Of a DNA stretch of 16,492 nt, positions 15,548-16,492 are shown one piece after another. Made by a program: the position numbers and the translations under genes. The stretch comes from Elusimicrobiota bacterium (GTDB lineage: Bacteria; Elusimicrobiota; Elusimicrobia; UBA1565): contig JBDREN010000076.1 of NCBI GenBank assembly GCA_043819795.1, positions 1 to 16,492 of the forward strand. The letters are read 5' to 3'. The notes below the pieces were generated by a model that did no database searches, was not told the DNA's origin, and worked only from the letters and a program-made list of their open reading frames with translations. The first letter of the stretch is position 1; each line of letters begins with the position of its first letter.

Positions 15548-16159
15548 ATGCTATCGCGCCTTCCGAGAGGGGTCCTCACGAGGAAGTCCTTGGCCGTCGC
15601 CGCGCTCTTATGCCCGCTCCTCGCGGGCTGCTCGGCGGAGCGCAAGCGGAGGGTCGCGTTCGCCCAATACAACCAGGCTTTGCAGGCCACCGATCCCGGA
15701 CAGGCGGTGGCTCTGGTCCCAGGCGGCGCGGGCGAGCGGCGAGCCATTGAAAGATGGGTCCTCCTGTTCTCGGACCTTAGATCGGAGCGGGTCCGGCTGA
15801 CGGCCGGGGAAGTCTACGCGACCGACGCTTATTTCGGCGACGCGCTCAAAGCGGTCCGCGGGATCGAGGCGGTGGAGGATCACCTGGCCAGGCGCGCCGA
15901 GGCCGTGGAATCGTGCGCCCTCGATATCGTCGACTCCTTCTCACATGACGGCGAGTATTATTTCAGGTGGAGGATGCGCGTCCGGTTCAAGGGGTCGACG
16001 AGCGGGGATTCCGACAGCTTCATCGGCATGACGCACATCCGCTTCGGGCCGGAGGGGAAGGTGGTCTTCCACCAGGACTATTGGGACGCGTCGGGGGGCT
16101 GCTTCGAGAAGACCTCGGTCCCCGGACGGCTCCTGCGGGCGATCAAGGGCAAGCTGTAG
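15548..16159 (+). CDS. SnoaL/NTF2-like domain lipoprotein
   Basis: ATG 4 nt after the anti-sigma stop. MLSRLPRGVLTRKSLAVAALLCPLLAG|C carries a lipobox. NTF2-like motifs: VYATDAYFGD...RGIEAV, YFRWRM and GMTHIRFGPEGKVVFHQDYWD. 203 aa; the ORF-track N-extension from 15299 is spurious. Confidence 0.85.
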   Translation: MLSRLPRGVLTRKSLAVAALLCPLLAGCSAERKRRVAFAQYNQALQATDPGQAVALVPGGAGERRAIERWVLLFSDLRSERVRLTAGEVYATDAYFGDALKAVRGIEAVEDHLARRAEAVESCALDIVDSFSHDGEYYFRWRMRVRFKGSTSGDSDSFIGMTHIRFGPEGKVVFHQDYWDASGGCFEKTSVPGRLLRAIKGKL

Positions 16160-16314
16160 TCGTTCCCTTGAGCATCCGCATGTTCCCGCCGAAAATCTTG
16201 CCGCAGCCGCGGGAGGCGATGCCCAGCCCCTGACTTCCGCAAGGCTTCCTGAATCCTCCGTCACTCCGACGGAGAGGCATCAAAGATTGGGTGTCCCATC
16301 GACAACAGTTCTGT

Positions 16315-16368
16315 CCCCTCCGCCCCGCTTCGTGGGGGAGGAGGCCGGGATCACCTCTCCCGCTTGCG
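16315..16368. repeat. REP-like palindromic element pair, second copy truncated
   Basis: A CCCCTCCGCCCC-GCTTCGT-GGGGGAGGAGG hairpin is followed by TCACCTCTCCCGCTTGCG, which looks like the left arm and loop of a CTCTCCCGC-TT-GCGGGAGAG-type hairpin missing its right arm. Confidence 0.45.
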
Positions 16369-16392
16369 CTGAGGATGTCCCATAGATTTCAC

Positions 16393-16421
16393 TGGACACA
16401 AGCGCTTCATTTTCTTAAACT
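16393..16421 (+). promoter_or_regulatory. Sigma70-type promoter for a leaderless transcript
   Basis: TGGACA-N17-TAAACT followed by 6 nt and then ATG at 16428. Confidence 0.6.
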
Positions 16422-16427
16422 GCCCGC

Positions 16428-16492
16428 ATGTTCACGATTGGCGGCCGGACATTTTCGGACGAGATTCTCGCTCGGATTGAGCAGACAGTCGA
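16428..16492 (+). CDS. N-terminal fragment of a CDS (possibly a DUF4338-fused IS4-family transposase)
   Basis: MFTIGGRTFSDEILARIEQTV..., open to the window end and placed exactly after a promoter. From memory it resembles the N-termini of DUF4338/IS4 transposases (GxxFSxExLxRI), but only 21 aa are visible. Confidence 0.45.
   Translation, partial: MFTIGGRTFSDEILARIEQTV

Larger units (their letters stand above)
16369..16492 (+). mobile_element. Probable left end of an IS4-family (IS50-like) insertion sequence
   Basis: The sequence switches abruptly to lower GC at CTGAGGATGTCCCATAGAT, which loosely resembles the 19-bp IS50 end CTGACTCTTATACACAAGT. A promoter and an ORF start follow, and the window ends inside it. 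Confidence 0.35.

Noticed and set aside
13852..15747. 631-aa - strand ORF with hydrophobic Ala/Leu repeats, and the similar 12110..12742 + ORF
   Set aside because: These are antisense translations of the repeat-rich anti-sigma and secreted protein genes. Their repeats simply mirror the sense repeats.
16289..16302. GGGTGTCCCATCGA resembling GGATGTCCCATAGA in the putative IS end
   Set aside because: It is a 12/14 match in direct orientation, too short to distinguish from chance and with no supporting structure.

Overview
GC-rich bacterial chromosomal window, probably from a diderm; the gene style is reminiscent of uncultured Elusimicrobiota-type genomes, which I cannot verify. From left to right: (1) the N-terminal part of a secreted G8-domain surface protein on the - strand, running off the left edge and absent from the ORF track; (2) GTP-dependent PEP carboxykinase (pckG); (3) a stand-alone receiver-domain response regulator; (4) a YfhO-like polytopic membrane glycosyltransferase; (5) a nitrilase-superfamily C-N hydrolase; (6) a translationally coupled GldA/GldF/GldG-like ABC operon with a DUF4340-like gene; (7) a 76-aa protein with a Cys-containing tail; (8) an ECF sigma module; (9) at the right edge, a REP-like hairpin pair apparently cut by the probable left end of an IS4-family element. 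The ECF module is the most interesting part. It has an ECF sigma, a FecR-domain anti-sigma with a long cationic 13-aa-repeat tail and a SnoaL-like lipoprotein, and it faces a divergent secreted repeat/coiled-coil protein. Both directions carry a matching TAAACC-N15-CGTC promoter motif. Several sigma70-type promoters sit directly against start codons, suggesting leaderless mRNAs. All family assignments come from motif recognition by eye, not database searches.
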